A stretch of 64,000 nt of DNA from an uncultured Chloroflexia bacterium (GTDB lineage: Bacteria; Chloroflexota; Limnocylindria; Limnocylindrales; CSP1-4), in the NCBI GenBank assembly GCA_963716375.1, contig OY970306.1:2296477-2360476 (forward strand), given 5' to 3'. How positions within the stretch are numbered: the stretch's first letter is position 1; each line of letters begins with the position of its first letter. The notes below the pieces were generated by a model that ran no database searches, was not told the DNA's origin, and saw only the letters and a program-made list of their open reading frames with translations. Positions 29,023 to 37,719 of this stretch are shown piece by piece. The position numbers were made by a program, and so were the translations under genes.

Positions 29023-30204
29023 GTGATGGACGCGAAGGAAGGTCCCAGGAACGGGCGGGCCGCGGAGCCCGGCCGGCCGAGCGGCGACGAGATGCTCGCT
29101 CGCGTTCGCTCGGAGAGCCCGGGCGGCGGTCGAGGCCGGCTGCGCGTCTACCTCGGCATGGCGCCGGGTGTCGGGAAGACGTACGCGGCCCTCGAGGAGG
29201 CGCACCGGCGGCTCGAGCGCGGGACGGACATCGTGGTGGGGTTCATCGAGCCCCACGGCCGGCCTCGCACCGTGGCACTGCTCGAAGGCCTCGAGATCCT
29301 GCCGCGGCGGCACGTCACGTACCGGGGCGTCGAGCTCGACGAGCTCGATCCGGACGCCGTCATCGCCCGCCACCCGCGGGTCGCGCTGATCGACGAGCTG
29401 GCCCATACGAACGTGCCGGGTTCGCCACGCGAGAAGCGCTGGCAGGACGTCGACGTGATTCGAGACGCCGGGATCGACGTGATCAGCACGCTCAACGTCC
29501 AGCACCTCGAATCGACGGCCGATGCGGTCCAGACGATCACCGGGGCGCCCGTCAACGAACGCCTGCCGGATGCCGTGCTCGACCGCGCCGACGAGATCGA
29601 GCTCGTCGACATGAGCCCGCATGCGCTTCGCCAGCGAATGCGTCACGGCAACGTCTACCCGCCGGACCGGGCCCAGATCGCGCTCGATCGATTCTTCACG
29701 GAGCCGAACCTCACGGCCCTCCGCGAGCTCGCCCTGCGGCGCGTTGCCCGCCAGGTCGATTCGGAGCTGCAGGTCCTCCAGGCGCCGGTCCTCGGCAAGG
29801 AACCGTGGCCCGTCAGCGACCGGGTCATGGTCCTCGTCGGCCCCCATCCGGGGTCGCGCCACGCGATCCGCCGGGCGGCCATGATGGCGGCGTCGTTGCG
29901 AGCCCCGCTGATGGCCCTGTTCGTCGAGACGCCCAATTTCGAGAAGGCGTCGCGAGACGCCCAGCAGGACGTCCGCGAGGACCTCGAGTTCGCCGAGGAT
30001 CTCGGCGCGGCGGTCTTCCGCGAGCAGGGTGAGCGCGTGTTCGACACGGTCGTCGAGGTCGCGCGGGCGCGCCAGATTACGCATCTGTTCCTGAGCAACC
30101 ACCCGGCCGAGGGCATCGGCCGCGTCTTCCGCCGGTCGCTCGCAGACGCCCTTCTGGAGGCGCTGCCGGGCGTCGACCTCCACCAGGTCCGGACAGCCGA
30201 GTAG
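29023..30204 (+). CDS. kdpD: stand-alone KdpD N-terminal sensor domain + Usp domain protein (no kinase part)
   Basis: 393 aa. LRVYLGMAPGVGKTYAALEEA, VVGFIEPHGR, DELAHTN and ISTLNVQHLES are KdpD N-terminal blocks. These are followed by a Usp-like domain (RVMVLVGPHPGSRHAIRRAAMMA). GTG at 29023, ATG at 29026. Confidence 0.88.
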   Translation: MMDAKEGPRNGRAAEPGRPSGDEMLARVRSESPGGGRGRLRVYLGMAPGVGKTYAALEEAHRRLERGTDIVVGFIEPHGRPRTVALLEGLEILPRRHVTYRGVELDELDPDAVIARHPRVALIDELAHTNVPGSPREKRWQDVDVIRDAGIDVISTLNVQHLESTADAVQTITGAPVNERLPDAVLDRADEIELVDMSPHALRQRMRHGNVYPPDRAQIALDRFFTEPNLTALRELALRRVARQVDSELQVLQAPVLGKEPWPVSDRVMVLVGPHPGSRHAIRRAAMMAASLRAPLMALFVETPNFEKASRDAQQDVREDLEFAEDLGAAVFREQGERVFDTVVEVARARQITHLFLSNHPAEGIGRVFRRSLADALLEALPGVDLHQVRTAE

Positions 30205-30217
30205 GTCGATCTGCAAC

Positions 30218-30253
30218 GAGCCTGACGCGGGTCGGCCAGCGACCCAGAGGCTC
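30218..30253. terminator. GC-rich nested hairpin between convergent genes (possible bidirectional terminator)
   Basis: GAGCCT-gacgc-GGGTCG-gccag-CGACCC-ag-AGGCTC gives an outer 6-bp and an inner 6-bp stem. There is no U-tract. Confidence 0.35.
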
Positions 30254-30259
30254 GGTCCC

Positions 30260-30907
30260 CTACTCGATCTGGACCCCGAGGCCCGTCAGCAGCCCGATTG
30301 CATCGGGCATCGAGAAGCGCGCCTTGCGCACCCGGTTCTGCAGCGGGTCGATCAGGTAGCCGGTCGCGCCGCGCAGGTCGGCGCCGGTCAGGTTCGTGTC
30401 GGAGAACAGCGCGCCGGCCAGGTCCGTCCTCGTCAGCACCGCGTCGCCCAGGTCCGCGGCGGCGAAATCGGCTTCGCGCGCCGTCGAATCGAGCAGGCGG
30501 AGGCCGTGCAGGTTGACGCCGAAGAAACTCGACTGGCTGACGAGGCAACGCTCGAAGCTGACCTGGAGCGCCAGCTTCGCGGGCCGATCGACGATCGTCC
30601 AATCGAAGCCGACCAGCTTCGAATCCAGGAAGCGCACGTCGATGAACCGCGACGTCGGCACCTTCGCCAGGCTGAGGTCGCACGTCGTGAAGGTGCAGTC
30701 CGTGAACGAGCAGCCGCTGAGCTCCGCGCCACCGAACGAGCAGCGGTCGAACAGGCAGCCGGAGAACGCGACGTTCCGCAGGCGCGCGCCGGTAGCCTTG
30801 AGATTCCGGAACTCGGCGCCTGAATAGTCGCCGCCGTCCTGGATCTCGGGCCCGGGAGTTCGCGACCTGGTCACCGGCGACCAGCCTAGCAGTCCGTCGG
30901 CGACCAC
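30260..30907 (-). CDS. pentapeptide-repeat protein
   Basis: 215 aa. Continuous A(D/N)LxX-type repeats run through most of the length, e.g. FSGCLFDRCSFGGAELSGCSFTDCTFTTCDLS and ADLGDAVLTRTDLAGALFSDTNLTGADLRGA. Confidence 0.88.
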   Translation of the reverse strand: MVADGLLGWSPVTRSRTPGPEIQDGGDYSGAEFRNLKATGARLRNVAFSGCLFDRCSFGGAELSGCSFTDCTFTTCDLSLAKVPTSRFIDVRFLDSKLVGFDWTIVDRPAKLALQVSFERCLVSQSSFFGVNLHGLRLLDSTAREADFAAADLGDAVLTRTDLAGALFSDTNLTGADLRGATGYLIDPLQNRVRKARFSMPDAIGLLTGLGVQIE

Positions 30908-31019
30908 CTCCGAGATCCGCGTGGCGGTACCAACGATTGATTGCGGGTCCGTGGGTCAACTGGTGTGATGGCGATCCAATGCCTGTCGACCATCGCCGCC
31001 GCCAACGGACCGGGGCTCG

Positions 31020-33383
31020 ATGAGCGCGTCCAGGGGACGAGCTCGGACTGTTCGCGATGTCGGCGCTGCCCTCGTCGTGATGATGCTCATCGCGGCCTGC
31101 AGTGCCGTGCACGTCGTGACGTTGTTCGACGCTCCAGGCCCCCCGGAGTCGAACACGGGCCGCGTCGTTGTGTTTCCGCTGACGCCGCCAGCAGACGGGC
31201 TTCCCGGATCTGGGCCCGCCATCGGAGTCCGGGCCATCTCGGCCGGCGGGCGGCATACCTGCGCTCTCACCGCGTCTGCGGGGGTCGCATGCTGGGGCTA
31301 CAACAGGAGCGGCGAACTGGCGACTGGGACGATCGCCAACAGCAGCCACCCGGTGGTCGTTTCGGGCCTCCCCGATCATCTGACGGCGGTCAGCTCGGGA
31401 GATTCCTCGAGCTGCGCGCTGACAGCGGCTGGTGCAGTCTGGTGTTGGGGCGCCAACGGCAACGGCCAGCTGGGCACTGGCGGGTTCGCCGGTGCGGTCC
31501 TCAAGCCAGTCATGGTTCAGGGGCTCAGCGGACCGGTCGTCGCGGTCTCCACCGGAGACTTCCACGCCTGTGCACTCACCCAGGCCGGTGGGGTCGAATG
31601 CTGGGGCGGCAACCGCCACGGCGACCTCGGGAACGGCGACACCATCGATCACGCCCTCCCGGTCGGCGTGACGGGCCTGGACTCCGGTGTGCGGGCCATC
31701 GCGGCCGGGGGCAACGTGAACTGCGCCCTGGTCGACGAGGACGGGACCGTGACCTGCTGGGGCGACAACGTGGCCGGCGAGGTCGGCAACGGTCTCACGG
31801 GCCGCATCCCGGCCATGGGCAAGGTGAAGGGGCTGTCGGGGATCCGGGCGATTTCGGCCGGGCTTGACTACGCCTGCGCGTTGACGACCGAGAGCGGGGT
31901 CCGGTGCTGGGGCTCCAATGCCCATGGCCAGCTCGGGGATGGAACGTTCGCGGACAGTGCCATTCCGGTGGACGTCGTCGGTCTCGCGCACGGAGTCCGG
32001 GCCATCTCCGCTGGCGCGGGTCACGCCTGCGCCCTCCTCCGCGATGCGACCGTGGCCTGCTGGGGCCGGGATTTCGACGGCGAGCTTGGCAATGGCCGGA
32101 ACCAGGCTTCAGGTGTCCCTGTCGCTGTCTCGGGGCTCGACCGCGTCACGGCCATCGGCGCAGGCGGCATGCACAGCTGCGCCACAGTCGCCACAGGGGC
32201 GATCAAGTGCTGGGGTTACGACGGGGATGGCCAGCTCGGTGACGGTTCTCCGGCATTGACAGGGCTGCCGGTTCCGGTACTCGGCCTGACCAGCGGCATG
32301 ACGGCGATCGCGAGCGGCGGCAATCACACGTGCGCCATTGCGCCGGATGGAACCGTTGCCTGCTGGGGCCATGCCACCGGGGGGGACCTCGGGGATGGTG
32401 CCAATCTCGATCGCTATCGCCCGGTCAGCGTCCGGGACCTGCCAGCCCCGGCGATCGCGTTGGCGCTGGGCGACAAGCACAGCTGCGCCCTCACGAAGCC
32501 CGGTGCGGTGGCGTGCTGGGGCTACAACGGCGACGGCGAGCTCGGCGATGGCTCGACAGCGGACTCCGCGACCGCGATCGCGGTTGCCGGTCTGAGCCAC
32601 GGGGTCCTCGCCATCGGCGCAGGCGACGTGTTCACCTGCGCCCTGACCTCGGCCGGCGGCGTGAAGTGCTGGGGCGACAACGCGGTCGGTGAGTTGGGCC
32701 TGGCTCCGGCGACGTTGCCGTCGCGGTCGGTGCCGGGCGACGTGCCAGGGCTGACCAGCGGCGTCACGGCGATCGCGGTGGGGGGTGCCACGGCATGCGC
32801 TCTGACCTCGGCCGGCGGCGTCAAATGCTGGGGTAATAACCAATCTGGCCAGCTCGGGACGGCCGACGGCGTGTCGTCCGGGACGTTCAGCGCGAAACCA
32901 CTCGGCGTCAAGGGTCTCTCTCGAGGCGTGCTCGCGATCACCGTCGGCCGCAGTCACGCCTGTGCCATCGACCAGTCCCGACATGCCATCTGCTGGGGCA
33001 ACAACCTCGCCGGCCAACTCGGGAATGCCGGGTGGAACGAGAGCTCGCGACCGGGAGTCGTGGCCGAGGCCGGTGAGGTGACGGACATCGTCGCCGGAGC
33101 CGCCCATACCTGCGTGCGGGAACCCCAGCACCGAACGTACTGCTGGGGCAACAACCTGTTCGGCGAACTCGGCGACGACGCGATCGTCTCGGAGACCGTG
33201 CCCGTCCGCGTGGTGGGGCTGCCCGCCGAGACGACTGCCCTCGCACTCGGCGGCGATCAGACCTGCGCCATCGTGGTCGGTGGCGCCGTGTGGTGCTGGG
33301 GCTACGACGGCCGCGGCGAGCTCGGCAACGGGACGGTCACGCATCGGCTGCTCCCGGTGGACGTCATCGCGGTCCCTCGGTAG
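31020..33383 (+). CDS. RCC1-repeat lipoprotein (about 14 blades, i.e. two beta-propellers)
   Basis: 787 aa. The signal has a lipobox (VVMMLIAAC). About 14 repeats of the HxCAL...G.V.CWG.N..GQLG.G pattern follow. Confidence 0.88.
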   Translation: MSASRGRARTVRDVGAALVVMMLIAACSAVHVVTLFDAPGPPESNTGRVVVFPLTPPADGLPGSGPAIGVRAISAGGRHTCALTASAGVACWGYNRSGELATGTIANSSHPVVVSGLPDHLTAVSSGDSSSCALTAAGAVWCWGANGNGQLGTGGFAGAVLKPVMVQGLSGPVVAVSTGDFHACALTQAGGVECWGGNRHGDLGNGDTIDHALPVGVTGLDSGVRAIAAGGNVNCALVDEDGTVTCWGDNVAGEVGNGLTGRIPAMGKVKGLSGIRAISAGLDYACALTTESGVRCWGSNAHGQLGDGTFADSAIPVDVVGLAHGVRAISAGAGHACALLRDATVACWGRDFDGELGNGRNQASGVPVAVSGLDRVTAIGAGGMHSCATVATGAIKCWGYDGDGQLGDGSPALTGLPVPVLGLTSGMTAIASGGNHTCAIAPDGTVACWGHATGGDLGDGANLDRYRPVSVRDLPAPAIALALGDKHSCALTKPGAVACWGYNGDGELGDGSTADSATAIAVAGLSHGVLAIGAGDVFTCALTSAGGVKCWGDNAVGELGLAPATLPSRSVPGDVPGLTSGVTAIAVGGATACALTSAGGVKCWGNNQSGQLGTADGVSSGTFSAKPLGVKGLSRGVLAITVGRSHACAIDQSRHAICWGNNLAGQLGNAGWNESSRPGVVAEAGEVTDIVAGAAHTCVREPQHRTYCWGNNLFGELGDDAIVSETVPVRVVGLPAETTALALGGDQTCAIVVGGAVWCWGYDGRGELGNGTVTHRLLPVDVIAVPR

Positions 33384-33407
33384 CCGCCTGATCTCCGGCC
33401 CCGGCCA

Positions 33408-34862
33408 TCAGGCAACCGGCGAGGATCGTTCACCATCGACCCGGCCCTCGGCAGCGAGCCTCGCCCGGGCGGCCGCCAGCGCTTCCGCGACCCGCCGCGG
33501 CGCCGTGCCGCCGATGACGTCGCAGCCGGCCATCGCACCCTCTACCGTCGCTACGGCGCGCAGCTCGCCGGGCACAGCTGGATCGCCCGCCAGCCGGCGA
33601 GCCTCGGGGTCTTCGCTCCGCGCCAGCGCCGCGCGAACGGTGCTCTCCTCGAGTGCATCCAGCGTCACGCCGGCCCGTTCCGCATCGGCAACGAGCGACC
33701 CGACGATGTGGTGCGCGGCGCGGAACGGCACGCCGCGCCGGACGAGCGCGTCGGCCACGGCCGTGGCCGTCGTGTACCCCTCGGCCGCGGCCGCCCGCAT
33801 CCGGCCACGGTCGATGGTGAGCGTGGCGATCAGCCCGGTCATCACGCCGAGCGACGCTTCGAGCGTGGCGGCGCTCTCGAACAGCGGCGCCTTGTCCTCC
33901 TGGAGGTCGCGCTGGTAGGCCAGCGGCAGGCCCTTGAGCAGCGCCAGCAGCCCCGCGACATGGCCGCCGACGCGGGCCGCGCGGCCGCGGACGAGCTCGG
34001 CCGGGTCCGGGTTCTTCTTGTTCGGCATCATCGACGAGCCGGTCGAGAACGCATCGGCCACGCGCACGAACCCGAAGCGCGGATTCGACCACCAGGTGAT
34101 CTCCTCCGCCAAACGCGAGAGGTGGACCATCGCCAACGCCATTGCCGCGACCGATTCGACGACGAAGTCCCGGTCGCTGACCGCATCGAGCGAATTGGCC
34201 GTGACGCCATCGAAGCCGAGCTCTGCCGCGGTCGCCTCGCGATCCAGCGGGTAACCGGCGCCCGCCAGCGCCCCGGCGCCGAGCGGCGATCGATTGGACC
34301 GCCGCGTAGCGTCCGCCAGCCGGCCCCGGTCGCGCTCGAGCATCTCGACGTAGGCGAGCAGGTGGTGCGCGAAGAGGACCGGTTGCGCGGGCTGGATGTG
34401 CGTGGTCCCGGGCAGGACCGCGTCGCCATCGCGCTCGGCAAGGTCGACGAGGGCCCGCTCGAAGTGGACGATGGCGGCATCGAGTGCGGCGACCGTCCGC
34501 CGCAGCCAGAGTCGCAGATCCAGCGCGACCTGGTCGTTGCGCGATCGGCCCGTGTGGAGCTTGCCGGCGAGCGGCCCGATCCTGGCGTCGAGGGCGACCT
34601 CGAGGTTGAGGTGGATGTCCTCGAGGGCCGGATCCCAGGTGATCGTGCCCGCTTCGACCTCGTCGCGGAGCGCGCTCAGTCCCGCGACGAGCGTCGCGAC
34701 CTCGTCGGGCGTGAGTAGCCCCGCTCGCCCCAGGCCGCGGACATGGGCGATCGAACCCGCCAGGTCATCGATCGCCAGCGCCTGGTCGAGCTCGATCGAG
34801 CGCGTGAAATCGGCGGTCCGCTGGTCATTCGCCTCGGCAAATCGGCCGCCCCAGAGCCGCAT
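33408..34862 (-). CDS. argH: argininosuccinate lyase
   Basis: 484 aa from MRLWGGRF, with AGGAGG 4 nt upstream. Blocks: HTGRSRNDQV and GSSMMPNKKNPD. Confidence 0.95.
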   Translation of the reverse strand: MRLWGGRFAEANDQRTADFTRSIELDQALAIDDLAGSIAHVRGLGRAGLLTPDEVATLVAGLSALRDEVEAGTITWDPALEDIHLNLEVALDARIGPLAGKLHTGRSRNDQVALDLRLWLRRTVAALDAAIVHFERALVDLAERDGDAVLPGTTHIQPAQPVLFAHHLLAYVEMLERDRGRLADATRRSNRSPLGAGALAGAGYPLDREATAAELGFDGVTANSLDAVSDRDFVVESVAAMALAMVHLSRLAEEITWWSNPRFGFVRVADAFSTGSSMMPNKKNPDPAELVRGRAARVGGHVAGLLALLKGLPLAYQRDLQEDKAPLFESAATLEASLGVMTGLIATLTIDRGRMRAAAAEGYTTATAVADALVRRGVPFRAAHHIVGSLVADAERAGVTLDALEESTVRAALARSEDPEARRLAGDPAVPGELRAVATVEGAMAGCDVIGGTAPRRVAEALAAARARLAAEGRVDGERSSPVA

Positions 34863-34958
34863 CGTCCCTCCTGCGCCGGCGTGCGATGGCCGAATGCCCA
34901 CCGCGGCCCCATGTGCGCCCGCGCCTCGACCCGGCCGCAGCGGCCATCGTAGCCGCTG

Positions 34959-36218
34959 TCACGGCGTCAGAACGGGTTCGGGGAATTCGGGGTCGAGCGT
35001 TGGGTCGACCATGCCCTGGGCGTCCTGGCCCGGCGGTGACCCACCGACACCCGGGACTTCCGCCTCCGACGCCTGCTTTTCGCCGCGGCGCGGCAGTGAC
35101 CGCCAGGCGACGATCGCGGCAAGCACGGCCGCGACCGACCCGAGCGAGAACACGAAGCCTGGCCCGAGCGAGTCATAGATCAGGCCGCCGATGACGTTGG
35201 CGATCACGGCCGAGATCCCGAAGGCCATCGTCTGGAACAGTGCCTGGCCGGTGCCCTGGAGGCGGCTCGGCAGCAGCACGCCGATCGTCAGGACGCAGGC
35301 GTACCACAGGCCGGCGAACGCAAAGCCCGTGACGAGGCGCGTCGCGATGATCAGCGTCGGATCGTCGATGAACGCCCAGCTGAAGGTGCAGACCGCGTAG
35401 AGGAGCGCGCTGAGGATGAACAGCCCGCGCTGGCCGACGCGGGCGGCGATCACGCCGGCGACGAGCAGCCCCGGCACTTCCATGAGGGCGGCGACCCCCG
35501 AGGACAGGCCAACGTCGGAGGGCTGCCCGCCGAGATCGACGATCCGCAGGCTGAGGAACGTCACGCCGGCCAGGACGTCGACGTAGACGAGGCCAACGGC
35601 CAGCAGCACCCCGGGCAGGCGCGGCGCCGAGGCGATCGCGAGGCGCATCGAGCCGCCTCGTTCGCCGTGGGTGCGAACACGCGATGCCCGCGGCGGGTTC
35701 GGGATCAGGAACAGCAGCGCGGCCATGAACACGGCCCCGGCGGCCCAGAGGAACGGCGCCGGGCCATAGCCGACGCGGTCGTACAGGAAGCCGGCGAAGA
35801 TGACCACGATCCCGAAGGAGAGGCTCGTCAGGAGGCGAAGCGGGCCGTATTGCTTCGCCCGGTCGATGACCATGCTCACCGCCAGGGCATCGGCCAGTGG
35901 AGCGAACGCGGCCTCGAAGATCGTAAAGACGACGACGATCAGGCCGAGCACGACCGGGGGCCACGGCGCGCCGAACCCGACCATGACGACCGCCCCACCG
36001 ATCGCAGCCACCTGGAGCGCACGGACGCGACCGAGCGTCACGTCGGCGAGATGGCCCCAGATCGGGACGACGATGGTGAAGCCGACCGCCGAGACCGCGG
36101 CGATCAGGCCGATGGCCGCCGGATCAAAGCCACGAGCCTGGAGCATCACCGTGATGAACGGGTAGATGACGGCGATCGCGCCGCCGGTGACGAGGAAGAT
36201 GACTCGGACGGCGCGCAC
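34959..36218 (-). CDS. MFS transporter
   Basis: About 12 TM segments. Start set at the GTG at 36216-36218 (VRAVRVIFLVTGG); the 44 extra residues of the listed ORF (to 36350) are Pro/Gly/Arg low complexity. The start is uncertain. Confidence 0.8.
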   Translation of the reverse strand: MRAVRVIFLVTGGAIAVIYPFITVMLQARGFDPAAIGLIAAVSAVGFTIVVPIWGHLADVTLGRVRALQVAAIGGAVVMVGFGAPWPPVVLGLIVVVFTIFEAAFAPLADALAVSMVIDRAKQYGPLRLLTSLSFGIVVIFAGFLYDRVGYGPAPFLWAAGAVFMAALLFLIPNPPRASRVRTHGERGGSMRLAIASAPRLPGVLLAVGLVYVDVLAGVTFLSLRIVDLGGQPSDVGLSSGVAALMEVPGLLVAGVIAARVGQRGLFILSALLYAVCTFSWAFIDDPTLIIATRLVTGFAFAGLWYACVLTIGVLLPSRLQGTGQALFQTMAFGISAVIANVIGGLIYDSLGPGFVFSLGSVAAVLAAIVAWRSLPRRGEKQASEAEVPGVGGSPPGQDAQGMVDPTLDPEFPEPVLTP

Positions 36219-36693
36219 CGGTTCGATGGTAGCGGCACGACGGTCGCCGCGGCGGCACGACGGTCGCCGTCGTTTCGGTGCCGGAAGACCTGGGCGGGTT
36301 GTGGCCGGGCCGTGGTCGGTCGTGGTCGGGCCGTGGCCCGGTCCGTGCACGCTGCATGTTCATTGCGGGCATCGACGGCCCAGGGCCCGCGCGATCTCGT
36401 GGCGGCCGTCGGCGGCGGGCCGGCGGCGGCTCGATCGACCCATTCGCGCTCATGTGGCGTGCAATTCGGTCGACAACCAATGCTGGCCGGGGCGCTGGTG
36501 GGCGATGTGGCGTTCGAAGACGGCGGAATGAACATGGCGCGTGCACGGGACGCGTCGATGGGCGCGGAGGAAAGACGGCAGCCTCGGACCGCCCGCCCCG
36601 GCCACGCGGACGTGCCCGATTGGCTTATTTGACTAGGCCAACAGCCGTTGACTCCGCTAGGATGGCGCCATTCGTTCTGACGAGGCGCCGCGC

Positions 36694-37644
36694 ATGGCTT
36701 CGACGAGTTCCCGGAGCGACTCGCTGATCTTCGGCCTGCTCGGGCTCATCTGGGGCAGCAGCTTCCTGTTCATCAAGATCGGCGGCGAATCGCTCGGGCC
36801 GTTCACGCTCGTCAGCCTCCGCCTGATCTTCGGGGCCCTCCTGCTCGGCGCGGTCGTGATCGCGTCCCGGCAGCCGATGCCGCGCGATCCGCGCGTCCTC
36901 GGCCACCTCGCCGTCCTCGGCGTCCTCTCGGTCTTCCTGCCGTTCTCGCTCATCACCTGGGGCGAGACGCACATCGACTCGGGCCTTGCGTCGATCCTGA
37001 ATTCGACGACGCCCCTGTTCACGATCGTGGTCGCCGGCCTGCTGCTCCCGGACGAGCCGATCACGCTCAATCGCGTCCTCGGCCTGCTGATCGGGTTCGG
37101 TGGCGTCGTGCTCGTCACGAGCCAGTCACTCGGCGGCGGCTCGGATTCGATGGCCCTGCTCGGCGACCTGGCCGTCGCAGTCGCCGCCGTCTCGTACTCG
37201 TTCGGCGCGGTCTACGCTCGGCTCCACGCCCGAGGGCTGCGGCCGATGACGGTCGGGCTGTCGCAGACGCTCTTCGGCCTCGTCTACGCGCTCATCCCGG
37301 CCCTCCTGTTCGAGCATCCGCTCGGGGCGGGCATCGAGCCGCAGGCGCTCTTCTCGGTCGCCTGGCTGGGCCTGCTCGGGACAGGCGTGGCCTATCTCAT
37401 CTTCTTCCGGCTGCTCTCGAAATGGGGCGCCACGCGAACGCAACTCGTGACGTACCTGCTGCCGCCCGTCGGGGTCGCCCTCGGGGTCATCGTCCTCGGC
37501 GAGCAGATCGATCTCCAGATCGTCGCGGGGACGGCGTTGATCATCGGCGGCGTCGCGCTCGTGAACCGCCGGCGCGGCGGCCGCACGCTCTACCAGCGCG
37601 CCCAACCGATCGCAGAGCCGGAGCCGTCGGTCGCGACGAGCTGA
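36694..37644 (+). CDS. EamA/DMT-family transporter
   Basis: 316 aa with 10 TM segments and two EamA-type halves (LIWGSSFLFIK...; YSFGAVYARL...). Confidence 0.85.
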   Translation: MASTSSRSDSLIFGLLGLIWGSSFLFIKIGGESLGPFTLVSLRLIFGALLLGAVVIASRQPMPRDPRVLGHLAVLGVLSVFLPFSLITWGETHIDSGLASILNSTTPLFTIVVAGLLLPDEPITLNRVLGLLIGFGGVVLVTSQSLGGGSDSMALLGDLAVAVAAVSYSFGAVYARLHARGLRPMTVGLSQTLFGLVYALIPALLFEHPLGAGIEPQALFSVAWLGLLGTGVAYLIFFRLLSKWGATRTQLVTYLLPPVGVALGVIVLGEQIDLQIVAGTALIIGGVALVNRRRGGRTLYQRAQPIAEPEPSVATS

Positions 37645-37719
37645 ACCGGCGTCCGCCTCACGTTCCGACCGGCCCGCACGACTCGTACCATCGCGCCAAC
37701 GCCCCGCCCAGGAGCCTCC

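Noticed and set aside
29655-32024. 789-aa minus-strand ORF crossing the kdpD-N, pentapeptide and RCC1 genes
   Set aside because: It crosses three independently supported genes on both strands, as well as intergenic DNA. It is a compositional artefact.
33386-33413. Hairpin GCCTGAT-N14-ATCAGGC between convergent RCC1 and argH genes, considered as a terminator
   Set aside because: It has only a 7-bp stem with a 14-nt loop, no U-tract, and it overlaps the argH stop codon. That is too weak to call.
36219-36350. N-terminal 44-aa extension of the MFS transporter, as in the ORF track
   Set aside because: The extension (MHGPGHGPTTTDHGPATTRPGLPAPKRRRPSCRRGDRR..) is low complexity and precedes the first TM helix by an atypical distance. 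The GTG at 36218 was preferred, but this remains uncertain.
36480-36600. Guanidine (ykkC-III / mini-ykkC) or other riboswitch upstream of the EamA/MFS exporters; GGAGGAAAGACGGCAGCC vaguely recalls ..CAGGACAAGACGGCGC
   Set aside because: The flanking pairing elements of the guanidine-III pseudoknot are absent. There are no ACGR-loop hairpin pairs. The segment also lies upstream of the promoter-like hexamers of the EamA gene.
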